Shown here in pieces: positions 24,124 through 37,499 of a stretch of DNA of 64,000 nucleotides; the stretch's first letter is position 1, and each line of letters begins with the position of its first letter. The translations under genes were made by a program, and so were the position numbers. The notes under the pieces were generated by a model. It was not told the DNA's origin. It ran no database searches and saw nothing but the letters and a program-made list of their open reading frames with translations. The stretch comes from Takakia lepidozioides (Eukaryota; Plantae; Bryophyta). The stretch lies in contig CM060731.1 of the NCBI GenBank assembly GCA_030704615.1, positions 50,530,001-50,594,000 on the forward strand, in the 5' to 3' direction.

Positions 24124-24690
24124 TTGATTTTTTGTTCTGTCAGTTTAAAAAGAACGGGCATAGGAGTTCACACGGTGGCCAAAGATGGTTCTGAAACCGT
24201 CGTCGACATCTGTAAGAGGCCAAGGAGACAGAATCCAGTAAGCATCAACGAAGCAGAAAACCAAGACGAATCACTAGTTGTATCGAAAACAAAAACCTTC
24301 AAGAAGAGATCTGAGAATCAAATATCAGATGAGGGCTCTGACGTGCGAACCTTCATAAATCCGGGCACTGATGAATCAATGTTCGAGGGAGTTATTCGAC
24401 GGGAGACAGCGGAGGAAACAGAGGAAGAGAAAGATGAAAGTGATAACTGTAATCTTGAGTCTGATTCAGGTAATGACATTTCTGTAGGAGATAGTGAACA
24501 GTACCCGGGATCCGTCCTTCCGTCCTTTCCAGGATACAGTCCTCACTCTCCTCAGTATGCAGTCCTTGTAAATTCTCCAGAATATGTCCCCGCTGATTCT
24601 CCTCAGTACGTCCCTGGAGATTCTCCGACATATACACCTAGAGAGTACTCCCCTGAAACCTTGAGGATGATTCGAGAGAGCCTCCTGTAG
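24124..24690 (+). CDS. Acidic ORF/exon ending in RNA Pol II CTD-like SP/Y repeats
   Basis: Open 188 codons. C-terminus GYSPHSPQY..SPEYVPADSPQYVPGDSPTYTPREYSP. Probable acceptor site near 24143. Confidence 0.5.
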   Translation: MIFCSVSLKRTGIGVHTVAKDGSETVVDICKRPRRQNPVSINEAENQDESLVVSKTKTFKKRSENQISDEGSDVRTFINPGTDESMFEGVIRRETAEETEEEKDESDNCNLESDSGNDISVGDSEQYPGSVLPSFPGYSPHSPQYAVLVNSPEYVPADSPQYVPGDSPTYTPREYSPETLRMIRESLL

Positions 24691-24913
24691 TTATTGTAGA
24701 TACAAGAAAATGAAAAGATGAAACTCATCTTACAAAAGAATATCGATTTCTTGTAGAAATTATATATTCGTTATAGGAACAATTTTGAGACCGCATGATG
24801 TATGGAATGGCGAGACGAGCCTTCTCTGAATGAATGTATTATTCTTCTTATAAGTGAAATCGTTTTCTCCTCCTGAATTGAACTCTTTTATCTGTCAGCT
24901 ATGAGCGTATGAA

Positions 24914-27900
24914 TTGTTGAACCTCCACTGGACAGTGGAGGTTACTGTCTTGGGAATCTTGTATGGTTGTCATGATATGTGTCTGAGGACCGAGGTGGTT
25001 TGTTCTATGGACAACAACATTACCTCGAGGGATTATATTGTTGGAATGTGCAAACCTATCTGTGGTTCATTTGTTTCTCGAAAATCTCCAAATTTCAAGA
25101 ATGATCACCTGGCAATTTTTGAGCTGAACCCGGAGATCACAGAATGGGGCATTTTACCCGTTGGCACACCTCCGGACCATAAGTTCCGTTTCCAATACAA
25201 GATTGGTGCAGAGGTCGCCGAGCTCAAATATGCAGATGTGGTCGACGTAGTGCTGGAGATGGATGTGGAATTTCCGATGTTGGTAATGTTCATGATGGAA
25301 GATGGTAGATTTCCCAGAACGTTTGGCTTCAAACTGGAGGTACGAATTCTAAGGAAGGCCATGATGAGAGAGTCCATTCGGGCGGGGTTCACATATTGCG
25401 ACGATGGTACTCAATTTACAGATGAAGGTTTTTGCATGGCTTGGGGTATTTTCTTGGATGTGCTTTACTTAAAGGGTAAGGAGATTGCAAAGGCGCGGGA
25501 GGAGGAGGCTGCAAGAGCGAAGCCAAAGAAGGGAAAACGGAAATCCATTGACGCCGGTGGTGATAACAATGAAGCCGGTACATCAGGGGGACAGAAGAAA
25601 CAAAAAGAGGAGATGGATCCTGCGTTCATGACAGATACCAAGAAATCCAAAACTGCAGACATATTCGACAAAGACAAGTGTGAGAAGATGCTGGAGAGGC
25701 TGGAGCAAGACTACAAGGACATGTTTCCTTTTGGGTTTGAGGCGACCCAGGACGTCAAAGTTTCCATGATGGAGCTTGCTCCCAGAGATATGGTGTACAT
25801 GCCCCTAAATGTGAAGCACAAAGACGAAGTCAAAGCGCATCTTTACCAGCTCCGGGTGTTCGACTCCAAACATCCAGTTTATTTGATTCCCGCAAACCCC
25901 GAGAAGCCTACTGAGGTTTCTAGTTCGAAACCTCGAAACTGGAAGGAGGTGGAAAATTCCAGATTCTTCGTCATCGGTGGACAACACACGATCATTGCTG
26001 CCAAGGTAAATTTCCCGACAAAATCCAATTTTTGTAACAACATGAACCTCCACTGGATAGTGGAGGTTCATGAACTTTAAACAACATGCTTGTTAGGTCG
26101 ATATCATTTCTGACCTTATTCAATTCTGTCACAGAAACTTGTGCAAGACGTAGACGACGACAATATTAAGAAGTACTACACTGACTAGCCTTCAAAGATT
26201 ATATGGTCAAAGGATCTTATGAGGCTCGTGAAGCTATCTAAGCTCCTACACGACCCAAATAAGGCACAGAGATTTGACACAACATATCCCGAGAAAGTTG
26301 CACATGCCCGAAATTTCTTCAAGCTGAGGGGAAGGCCGAAAAAGTACAACGATCACACAACGAAGTCGGAGACTAGACAATGGAAGATAAATGATTCATT
26401 GTGTTTTCCGTTCCTTTTGCTAGAGAACCAAAATATTCTCAAACTTGGATTTAATGTGACGAACGGAGACCGCATTACGAAGCAGGAGACAGTACAAAAA
26501 AACCTTAATAGGGGAGGGTGCTACAATGAACGAGCGGGATGGTTCAGCATTCGGAAATTCGACATGATGGGGTCTTTTGTTATGTGTCTTGTTTGGTAAT
26601 GAGGTGCTTGTCCAGTTCTTATTTTCCCAATCTATTTATGTTCTCCACCTGTAACAGTTCAGCAAATGTGTCGCAAAAATACTTGAAACATCACATGATC
26701 AAGAAAACGTGATGTTGCGGAGAACGCTTCCAAAACTTTTCATGCTCATTGGGTTTTTCAAGGATTTTCTAGGTACACTCTTGGAACTGTTCCTGGTGGA
26801 GAACATGAATAGATTGGACAAATTTGACTTGGAGGAGCACCGCATTCCGAAGCAGGAGACACTACAGAAAGAGCTTCAAATTACAAGGCACAACAAAATG
26901 GACGGAGATGAATTCACAATCGAATCATCACTTGGTGTATAGTATAATTGACAAGATAGTTGTGACTATTGTTTCATCTCAAGATTAATATCAAATATTG
27001 AATGAAATTTCTAACTTTGGCCCTAATATTTTTCGTAGGATTTTATGCAAGCATGTCAACTCATACTGGAGATGAGTAGCGTGAAGAAGGCCATGGTTCT
27101 GGTTCTCTGTGACGAAGACGTATGGAACCTGTGGGAGGAGGTTTTCAAACAGTAGGAACAATGGAAGCTTATTGATATTTTCGGGATTCAGTGCAAGGGT
27201 GAATAGCTACCGCTAAATAAAACCGCTATCGCGAAATTGCAAGGACTTAATAGCAGACAGTTGAAAAGAGTGGCGGAGAAAATCCTAAACATAGACATTA
27301 GCATTCGGGGAACGAAATTCAAGGGCGTGGACACATCCAAAAACACAATGAGCGCGTATATTGACCAAATGAAATTGCAACGGTTTATTATCGACGATGT
27401 AATGGAAGTCTTAGGGTGGCCTCGGAGGAGCAATCAGAACCCAGAACCGTATACCAAACATGAGTGGCGTGATGTTAAAAAAAAATACAACTTCAACAAA
27501 GCTGAGTTTGAAACATTTCGAGATAGGCTCGGGAACGACTACATTGTTAGCAAACAGAAGATGAATATGGATACGCAGCCAATGACTGCTGCCTTCAAGA
27601 AGTATGTCGCAAACAGACCTTCGAGAATAACCAGAATGCCCTGGCGATTCTACGCACGAGCTTCAGGTCCCATTACACACAACTGGGGGAAACCAAAAAA
27701 TTTCTGATGCCAGATCACGGTTGGGACTTGCACCGAAGAATCGGTTCGACGACATATCCATGGTGTTCGTCAATACAGTTTGTGATGATGACTTTGTTGT
27801 CTTCGAGACAAAAGACTACTCAAATATCTTGGATGTTTTTGTGGCTCGGCAACTCATGTCCAGTGCTTTTGTGTTTTTCTCCACACAAGAATCATCGGGA

Positions 27901-29209
27901 AATCTTGTGTCATACATCCGGAATGGCCCTGGATCAAAATCGATTATTATCCGACAGGGTTATTACATTCCCGGCGAGTTTAAATCACCTTACAAGAGCT
28001 GCACGACTATATTCTCCCGGACGGTCCTCTGCCTCGACTACGTATTTTCGGCAACAGCTGAGGAGATGGTGAATCCGGACGACCACATTCAAACTGTTTT
28101 GTTATCGTCGGAACCAATTAATCCCGTTATCCAAGGACCAGATGTAGACCCGACCTCATAGGAGATGGAGTGTAGGACTTACAATCATGAGCTGAGGCCG
28201 GACACCTACGATTACCTGGTCTCTCTTTTTGCAGGGACGGGATGTCTTGTGTGAACATTTTCGGAGGACTGGCAATGACATACGTTCTTCTTGTAAGCGG
28301 ATTCTGCATCTTGGAATTATCTGTGTTTTCAGTTTTCCGGATTTAACTCTCGTATTATTGACGTTGTCGGAAAAGCGTGTTTAACCTGTGTCTGATTGTT
28401 CCATTTTGTTAACCTCCACTGGGCAGTGGAGGTTCATGTTATTGGAGTTGTGGGTGTTTTGGGTGTTTGTTATTCTGCAGATTGGTGTGTTTGGTAGTTG
28501 TCTCAAAAGAAAGCCTAACCCTTTCAATCTATCGATGGTTGGTGTTCGTCGGATTTATTTTGATATCATTGTTTGGTTTCATATGCAGGAAAGAAATATT
28601 CGTGTGCTCGACATAAACTTTGTAACAAAAAAGAAATTTTGTAGAAGCAAGGTGGAGGCCTATTTCAGGACCCTCCAGATTGACAATCATACTATCGCAA
28701 GAGACGGAGATGACTGAGACTCACTGCAGGATGACGAAGTGGACGAAGAAGATGATGACGAAGGACACGACAAGGATCAGGACGAGGAAATGGAGGAGAA
28801 ACAAGAAGAGGACGAGGAGGAGGAGAAAGACGAAGATGAGAACATGGAAATCGTCAACGGAGTCCAGGGGCAGATGCGGCTAAGAGAAAGAGAAAGAGAG
28901 GGCTAGGATATTTCACGGTTGGATAATCTAGGTAGTACTCCAAATACCCAAGAACGCGTTGCGCCACAAGATGTACACAATCTTGACAGCTCTTCCTCCA
29001 GTTCCGATAACACCACGAATAAGAATCCGGCTTCTCCAGGCGGACAAGAAGCGACATCGAGGGAGTTAGTTGAAACCCTCGGTCAAGGGTTCACACCTGT
29101 GGAAGGTGACGAGCCATTGATTATGTCACTGGATCCCGTTAACAATCGTCGTGAGCTGGTGTCCCAAAATGTCACCCAAGATCTGGTTCTGGATGTAGGT
29201 AACGAATGA
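24914..29209 (+). pseudogene. ParB/Srx-like domain + degenerate amino-methyltransferase-like gene (copy 2)
   Basis: VSMMELAPRDMVYMPLN..HPVYLIP..FFVIGGQHTIIAAK|intron 26006-26134|..IIWSKDLMRLVKLSKLLHDPN fits the ParB/Srx fold. The C-terminal LFCRDGMSCVNIFGG..|ERNIRVLDIN resembles beta-class MTase motif I/II. Acidic tail. Stops and frameshifts. Confidence 0.68.
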
Positions 29210-29279
29210 CAATTAGTGAAAGTTTATTCGTACACACTTCTGAATACAATATGACAATATTGTAATTATACATACTTGT

Positions 29280-32200
29280 GAGAGGCTTTGAGGCAGGGAG
29301 CACCTTACAGATTGCCATGCTGCCCATATAGACTGCCAAGGGCGAGACCCCATATGCACGTTGGCGTTCTTGCCTTGAACAATCCAGCGCAATGATTGAG
29401 CCCATAGAGGAGAGGAAGAGGGCATGGCTCCCATCAGGTAGGGTTGAATAAGTTTGCTCCAGGGGCTGTGGCGATGAGCTAAGGCTCGAGGTATCCATTT
29501 GGCCAAAAGTGCTTTTATCTGCGTTGTCGGATCAAGAATCCCAAGCCCTCCTTTGGATTTGGGTTGGCACAGCTGCTCCCAAGAGATTAGGGCTCTTCTC
29601 ACTGGCGCTTGTGTGGTCACACCCCATATGAAATTCCGAATCAGAGCCTTTATTTCTTTCACCATTGAGGTACCCAGGTCCCAGACAGCCGCATAAAACC
29701 ATGTGGAAGCAAGCAAGGAGCACTTGGTTGGCCACCAGGGCTCTCCCTGCAATGGAGAGCATGGAGGAGCTCCAATGGGCCAAAGTTTTCCTTAGCTTAG
29801 CAATGACTGCCTGCATTCTACGTTGCTGGGATATGTTTATATCAATTTGATGGCCCAGTAGTGTGTGAGACTCTCCCTCTTGAAGCCAATTTAGGCCAAT
29901 GCCATGTCCCCAAGAATCGCAATGCGAGGTAGGTGCCTGGTTTTGTAACAAGGAGAGGAGGCCTATGGATTTCCTCCAATTGATTTTCAGACCAGACCCC
30001 AAGCAAAAAACTTGCAAAGCCTGCAAAGCTCGGTCAATATTGTCTTGGGTGGAGTTGTCCAGCAAAAGAGTAGTGTGGTCAGCATACATGGAGAGTTTGA
30101 CCATTTCTAGCACAAAGGTTGGTAGTTGAAGGCCCATGATGTCTTGTCTAGCTTGAAACAGATGCCCGAGCGAGTCTGCATCAATCAGAAAGAGGAAGGG
30201 TGCCAATGGGCACCCTTGCCTAACTGATCTAGAAATAGGAAAAGATTTGGAGATCACTCCATTAACTAGAACTTTACTAGAAGCAGACTCAAGCAGAATT
30301 TTCACCCAAGACGAGAAATGGCCACCAAGACCAGCCTTATCCAAAGCTGCCAGCAGAAAGGACTAGCATGAGGAGGGCAAGGGGTTGGTTATTCAGAGTA
30401 GCTCTGTGAAGTGCCTCATGTACCAACAAAATGTTGTCAAGTATCATGCGATCTTTGAGAAAACCAGTCTGGTCCATTCTTATGATTCTAGGTAGCAAGG
30501 GTTGCAACCTTAAAGCCAGTGTCTTGGCTATAATTTTGTAAGTAGAATTGAAAAGTGTGATGGGACGGTAGTTAGCCACATTGTCTCTCTCTCCTTTTTG
30601 GTAGATGAGGGTGATGAGACCTTCAGACATCTGAGAGGGCATCACCTTCTTCTGCAAAATATCATTAGCCACGTGCAGGAAATCCCCCCCACTGGTTGGC
30701 CAAAGGGTCTTAAAGAATTCAATCGGCAGGCCATCAAGGCCGGGACTTTTCTTAGAAGCCAAAGCATCCACTGCTTTGCCCAACTCTTCTTCAGAAAAAG
30801 GCTCTGCCATCTTGGCCTTATCCATAGCAGATAGCGAACATGGGATATTGTTCAGCAAAGTGTTTCTGGCTTCTTCCATCAGAGAGAGATTGGGGTCTCT
30901 TTTCAAAGAGCTTCATGAAGAAATCAGCAGCAATGGTGGACATCTTCTTGGGGACAGAGGAGGGCAGACCCGACACATCACGCAAGGAAGGAATCAAGGT
31001 GGAGGCTCGAGCTGCCTTAGCAAAAAATATTTAGACATTTTCTCCCTATTGAGAGACCAATTAACCCCAGCCTTAATTTTTAATAAATTGTTCTCTATCA
31101 TGGAATAACAGTGAGAGGTTTTGCTTGGCAGCCTTATACGAGATGTAGGCTTGTGGGTCGTCCCTGCCACGCTGCATTTGGAACTGACAGACATGCAGGC
31201 ACTTTGTGAGAGCTTTTTCTTTTCGAGACTTCTCTTCTGCCATTTTCTTGGAGAGGCCTATGCAAATGTTCCTTAGAATTTGGAGTTTGGAGAGAAAAAA
31301 GAGAGTGGGAGAAGAGAAGGGGAGGTTAGCAGAGGACCAGGCCCTTTGAAGAGTGGTCACGACCTCTGGGTCAGAGAGAAGAGTAGGGATCAGAGCCTAT
31401 ACCTCTAATGTTCCAGCTAAAAATTGTGAAGTTCATGTAACCGCACTGATATGGCCCGCCATGTCATGGCGATTTGATGGCCAGGTGGGAGCAAAGCGGA
31501 ACTTGGTTCTCTTATCAGAGGGCTACAATATGTTGATCCATTTAAAGCCCTCGGTGGAGGGAGGATCAAAGGTAGCTTCCAAACAAAAATCTGCCTAGAT
31601 CTCTTTCTTTTACTCAAAGAGTCTAGTTCTAAGAATTGATTTTTGTTATCAATCAGCATAAACAGCTTCTCCACAGGAATCTCCCAAGCAAGAATAGAGG
31701 ACATGAAGCAAGCCCTTTAAGAGAAAATGGAAATGGATCTTTCCAACCAGCCTGGCAGGACTTTGTGTTCCATAGAATGGTGATCAAGGACTAATGACCA
31801 ACCATGATTGATAGTGAAAGCATCAGGAAAAAAGAAGATGAGTGGAGAGTAAGCATGAGCAGTTATGCTTACCGCCGGTGGTGAGTCCACTGTCTTCTCT
31901 AGCTGGACCAAATTTGTGGGCCTCATTGAAAGAGAGCGGCATGTGGTCTTGATTGTAGAGCACCATCTCCTTGTTGGGCTCTTTGTCCTTAGTGTTGATT
32001 GAGTCCACAATAGCCGGGGCTTTCTGCTTCTGCATGCTAGAAAGTTCAGCCACCATTTTCAGCCCTTCTTCCATGATGAGAGAGCTGCGAGCCCATGCAT
32101 TGGGATCAACAACCTTGCAAGAAAGGCCAAACTTGTCCACCCAAATTCCAAAGATAGGGTCGTCAGTGGCAACCAAGTCTTCAAATTTGAAAATGGGTAA

Positions 32201-34550
32201 CACGTGGATGACTGCCAAATTGACAAGAGTAGCATTACTCTCAACCATAATGATTGTGTGTTGCATGCGAGTTTGAGAGATGGATATGGGGGGGAAGAAC
32301 TCCCTGAGCACTTGGTTTGTCAAGTGGAGAGCGAAGTCCAATGCTGGTCCACCAAACATATCTGCAGCCAAGGCTTCAGTGACCCATGCAGAGCGGAAGC
32401 CTTCTCCGTTGTTAAGGACAAAAAAGTTTGTGTAGTCGTCAAAGAATTTGTAAACGAGGGGTGTTACATAGACTGCTGCCCTGTCTCTGGCATAGGCAGT
32501 CCCGGGAGCCCACCCTGCTTCCTTGACAATGAATGTAGCTCCAAAAATGCAGTGGCGAGGCTGTTGCTCTCCAAAAGATTCAACTCTTGTTCTGAGAATG
32601 GGAAGGAAGCCCATGCTTCCGAGATTCTGACCGGGGCCAGATCGTATGGGCGGTTGGGATGGATTGCAGTCTTCCCGTTTCTTTCACGCTTCCTTTTTTG
32701 GGCAGTCTGGCCCCTGTGTAACAACTCCGAGTTTACTTGCTGGTTATCTCCCACCATGGCACCTGGCGATGAAGTTCTCATTGAGGAGCCTGTATTGTCA
32801 TTTGGTATAGCAGGCTACTTGGAAACTTCCGAAAGCCTGTTATTGCGCAGCTTCGGGCAGTTGGCCCGATTGTGACCCTCTCCGTTGCACAAAAAGCAAA
32901 TCGTGGAGATGAGCTCCTCCTTGATTGAGACAACGATGTAGGAATAGTCCAAGGTGGGGAGCTTCATTGAAGACCCAATCGATTTGGACTCCGGCATGAG
33001 GACTACAATCTTTGGCACTCCGACGTCTTTTGCGAGGTCAACATGAATCGCCTCGTTGTCGACACTCTTGATGTTGTCCTGGACTGGTTCGAAGACATTC
33101 AGGGAACCAATAAAGGTGCCAAAACTGGCACCAATTTCTGGGAGCGATGTTAGGTAAGTGGCAGGGAGGTAAGGGATTACTATCACCCTTGGTCTCCACA
33201 AAATCCCTTGCCTGTGACCCCAGTCGTGCGTCCAAGGAAATAAGAAGTCCTTTGTTGCAGACATTTGACAGTTGAATCTTAGTGCAGTTTCGGCTTCCTC
33301 TGGCGAGCAGAAAAGGGCCAAGTAGAACCCCCTTCCCATCGAAAGGCAAGAGTGCTGAGCCAGCCCTCCGCCAGCACCTAAGTGTTGTACAATCCATCTT
33401 CTTACTAATGCCCTTGGCCTTAGCTTCCCTGGGAAGTAGATTAGAACCCCCCTTTGGGTTAGCTTCTGCGTCTGCAATTTGAGCTTTTCTGTATCCAACT
33501 TTAGTACAGGCTGATCAGGGACGTCCTGAGGGATGGAGTCTTCCCACACCCCCTCGTCTGAGAAAGGGGATTGTGCATTGATGGTGGGACTCGGGCCTTT
33601 GTCCAAAATTGAATCCCCTGAGCCGATAGAGTTGGTGTTGTTTTTGATTATCCAATAAGTCTTTCCTCCTTTGGCTGTGAGCGCTGAGCTGTTGCGCATT
33701 GTTGAGCTCCCCTTGTTCCCTCTTTTGCTTGCGGTGCCTCGAGAGCTCATTTTCGCGGCCTAGCTAAGAGGAGACGACAGCCAACACCTGGCACAAGTGA
33801 ACAGAGAGAACCCCTTCCCCTCTCCTAATCTTTCTATAGAGTCACTGATAAGACTTTCAGGGAAAAGAAGAGAAGCTGAAACAGCTAAGGAACCAAGGGG
33901 CAAGGTGAACAAGCGGTAAGAGTGCAGAGAGTCTTATCAGCTGAGAGAAAAGGCAGGAATAAGGAGCCGGGGGAATTGATCACTTTCCTGCTTTCGGCGG
34001 CTGGAAATTGGAAAGCTGCCAGGATCTAAGCATGCGGAAGTAAAATCGCGGACATTGGCCTCTTCAACACCGCATACTTTCTCGCTGCGCGAGGAGAGGG
34101 GGTTGTTGCCATGAGCTGGGGACTGCAACAAATATAATTGTGCTCTTACACTTTGCAGAGGATGGCGGCTTCTGCAGAGATAAGGAGCGACATATTATGT
34201 GAACTTGGGAGGACGCGCTGCGGCGTGCAATGACGGCCCATAAATGGCAGTAGAGATCAGAGGAGGGAGCTTGTGGATGATAGCAAGGAGAGAGGGGATG
34301 CCCGCGGTAGTAAGAGAGAAGGGAGAAGGGGGAAAACGTGAGGATGGAGCAAATTTTTGTTAGAGAGGGGTTAGCATTGCCGTCAAGACGTCAAGATGTC
34401 ATATCTGTCTTGAGGAGTTACTGAAAGCTGCACCTAGCTTCAGTTCCCGTCAGATTGGGAGAGGAGTTCAGGGTGCATCAGCGGGAGAGAGCTTGGGGGA
34501 AAAAAACTAAGTCCCCAGCTCTCTCACCGCAATCTGCGGAGCTTCTCTCC
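29280..34550 (-). mobile_element. L1/Tx1-like LINE, 5' part retained, endonuclease deleted, 3' truncated
   Basis: ORF1 33750-32815 has a zinc knuckle CFLCNGEGHNRANC. ORF2 starts MNFTIFSWNIRG at 31436 and jumps past the APE domain. RT motifs: KSPGLDG, NYRPITL, QTGF, VRQGCPLAPFLF, YADH(D). Confidence 0.9.
32815..33750 (-). CDS. LINE ORF1 (DUF4283-like + CCHC knuckle)
   Basis: 311 aa with MGRGFYLALF..FPWT..IPYLP..LPEIGASFGTF and CX2CX4HX4C. Confidence 0.8.
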   Translation of the reverse strand: MSSRGTASKRGNKGSSTMRNSSALTAKGGKTYWIIKNNTNSIGSGDSILDKGPSPTINAQSPFSDEGVWEDSIPQDVPDQPVLKLDTEKLKLQTQKLTQRGVLIYFPGKLRPRALVRRWIVQHLGAGGGLAQHSCLSMGRGFYLALFCSPEEAETALRFNCQMSATKDFLFPWTHDWGHRQGILWRPRVIVIPYLPATYLTSLPEIGASFGTFIGSLNVFEPVQDNIKSVDNEAIHVDLAKDVGVPKIVVLMPESKSIGSSMKLPTLDYSYIVVSIKEELISTICFLCNGEGHNRANCPKLRNNRLSEVSK

Positions 34551-34689
34551 ACTTGGCCCTTAAACCTTCTGTTTTCTTTGGCTTTGCTTTGAAACAGGTA
34601 TATGCACTGGTATTAGATATCAGACCAGGCTGGTATTATTTGGGAGAATACTTGGCTGGTATCAGTTTTTTCATACCAGCCACAATACC

Positions 34690-36829
34690 ACATCGAGATT
34701 TGGAACACTCCAAAAAAAGAATGAAGAATCTTACTCTAGAGGAAGTCCGGTTCGTGAGCAGCAAACCTTGCTGCAGACTTCACTGTTGTCAATATTTCGA
34801 TTGGCGAAAAACCTTGGCTATCCGTACTTCTTTTTGGGGATCCACTTTCGATGAGAGGAGAGAACACGGACTGAATGTTTCGAAACGACTTCACATGGTG
34901 GAAGGGACCTCTCGCAGGGCATACGTTACGATTGAGGGTGTGGATGTATGTGAGACTGCTTGGTGGACAATTCATGGAATTCATGGAATTGGCAGGTCCA
35001 CATACATGGAGTACAAAAAGTTGAGTAAACAGTGTTGGTTGTCAAGTCTCCATAGGAACCGTGGAGTGAAGAGGCCACGCCCAAGGACGCTTCAGGCAAT
35101 TATGTCCATTGTCAACGGAAATACTGACCTCATGCCCCATAAGACAAGATGCATTGGGGAGGGAAGGAGGGATACTTTGAGAGTCTTACCACCTGAAATG
35201 AACTGGAAGCGAATACAAGACGAGTCCAACGAGGTATGAAATCTCCATTCTTCAATTTCTTTCCTGGAATATTTTTCTGATTCAATGTGGATGATCATCC
35301 CTTCGATTTTGTCTCTTTCAACTGTGGTTCTAGATTCATGAACCTCCACTGTCCAATGGACGTTCCTTTCCTGACCCTGCCTTATTGTAACAGACCAACA
35401 GACTTTTCGGGTTGGAAGGAGTCTCGCAGTCGGCTGTTAACCGCATCCGGAGTCGGATGTTTCCTAACGTGGAGGTTCGTAAAACTGGGAGTACATTTGC
35501 AAAATGCACGGAGTGTGAGATGTTCAAGGACCTGATCAGAAAGTCTGTCAAGAGAAGTGCGGAACAGGTGACACACAAACGAGCGCTTGATAAATATTTG
35601 AGGCACCAAGAGTCGTGTAGAAGACTGTACCATAGCTGGAGGAATGAGTCTGTTATGATTCCGGAGGAGTTTCTCTGTATTATTCACGACAAAATGGATC
35701 ATAGGAAAACAGCTGTTCCAAGGCTACAGACTCCAAATAAGATGATTTCTAGATTGGGTCAGCTTCCAGTTTCACTAACGGGAATGGTCACGCACGGACA
35801 CGGTGATGGAGCTTACGGTCAGTATTCTCTTAAGTTATGGAAGGGAAATTCAAACTTTACAATTGGTTCTTTGGCACGTTGTCTGCACCAGCTGGAGAAG
35901 CCAACCTGTCGCGAGTCCAGGAACATTTTCGATTACTGATTTCAAAACGAGTTCTTCGAATCACTTTTAAGAGGTAAATCGAGATGTTTGGATGCTCTTA
36001 AACCCTGCAGGTCGGAAGACAAACGTGGTGCTCGTCCACTTCCGAGAAGACCGTACTTGCAAATGGACAACTCTGCGAAGGACAATAAGAACAGATGGAT
36101 GCTTGCTTTTCTATCCCTCCTGACCGCCAAAGATGTTTTTGAAGAAATCCAGCTAGGGTTCATAATGGTCGGACACACCCATTAGGACATCGACGGGTTC
36201 TTCAGCTACCTTTCGAAGAAGTTGAAGGAACGAAGCACCTACATTCTTTCGGATTTGATGAGGTCTTTTATGACCTCGCAAGATCTGAAGTTCATTCCAC
36301 AGATTATTCAGGAGGTTGCCGACTTCAAGAATTTTGTCAAGGGCTGTATTCTGGATGGAAATAAGGCGTTGGTCGGGATTTCGGAGATGCACGTCTTCTG
36401 TTTTTTTAAGGATGCGGAGGGCTGGCCCGTCATGAAGTACAAGAAGTCCGCTACTGATTCGGATTGGCTTTCAACAAACAATAGCGTGAAGATGTGGAAG
36501 TGGCAATATCTGACGTGATCCGCGAAAGGGAGGATCCTAATTTTAAGAAGGTGAAGGTGGAGTGGTGGAGACCGAGAAAATGTGGTAACCCAACAGACTT
36601 GGAAAGGTACAGGGACTGTTGGTCAAAACTTTGGGAGTATAACTCGTCAGATCCTTCTCAATGGATCCACGTGAATAATGTTGTGTGGACAATGCCTCCA
36701 CGAAAAAATACGACAATGAATAGCACTAAGAGAATTACTGCCGCCGAAGCAGTGAAGGCGCGCGCTAATTTGGAGGAGGCTAATCGTCAGTCAGAAAACG
36801 AGTCGTGCGAGCGAGTTCCAGACCAATGA
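34690..36829 (+). pseudogene. Sola-type (DUF7869-like) DDD transposase
   Basis: CCRLHCCQ..VCETAWWTIHGI, intron 35234-35393, FAKCTEC, IIHDKMD, LQMDNSAKDNKN, FIMVGHTH*DIDGFFS, and a C-terminal VEWWRP..RYRDCW domain. Nonsense codons at ~35937 and ~36183. Confidence 0.8.
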
Positions 36830-37499
36830 CATATTGTTGAGGTCAACTCCACTTCGATTTAAGAAATAAATTTTCTTCTCTATATGGCCCTTCTTGTTTG
36901 CGTTTGGGGATCCTTTTTGTTATCTTCTTATGTCGCAGTGAACCTCGAATGTCCAGTGGACGTTCTCGTCCTTTGTTTCTGGTTTGCTGGATGTTGGCCT
37001 GCTGTACGTCCTGGTCAACAAAGATGACCTTGTGGGGGAGTTTCGCCTACATAACATATACATCACAAGAACAAAATGGGCGGGCACGACCACTGGAGTC
37101 TTCAAATTCGGTCAAAGAGGTTTTTAACAATGGAAGAAAATAGCCCATTTCCAGTGCTTCTCTGAAACATTGGACTTGCTTTTCGCATAACCAATTCTCC
37201 CACTGAAGTCTCCCACTAGGAGGAGCCTTACTCAATCGTTGTTGACATACAGTTTTTCAATTTGTCCTCAAGTTTTTTCTGTGAGGTTTTCCTCCATTTT
37301 CCCTCTAAGCTTTACTACTTTTCTGCACCAAATTTTCATTTCATTTCATTTTCATACTTCTCATCTTTGGCCCTAGTTTAAGAGGGAATTTCACATGTCC
37401 TTTTCCGTTGTTCAAATTTTAAGCAATTTTTATTTCTCATAGTTTTTATTTGGTGGTCTGACTTTTTATCCTCTCTCATGTTTTCTTCAGATCCATTTT

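Noticed and set aside
32204-32875. 223-aa plus-strand ORF (and similar ORFs antisense to the BBE gene and LINEs)
   Set aside because: Shadow ORFs on the opposite strand of real coding sequence.
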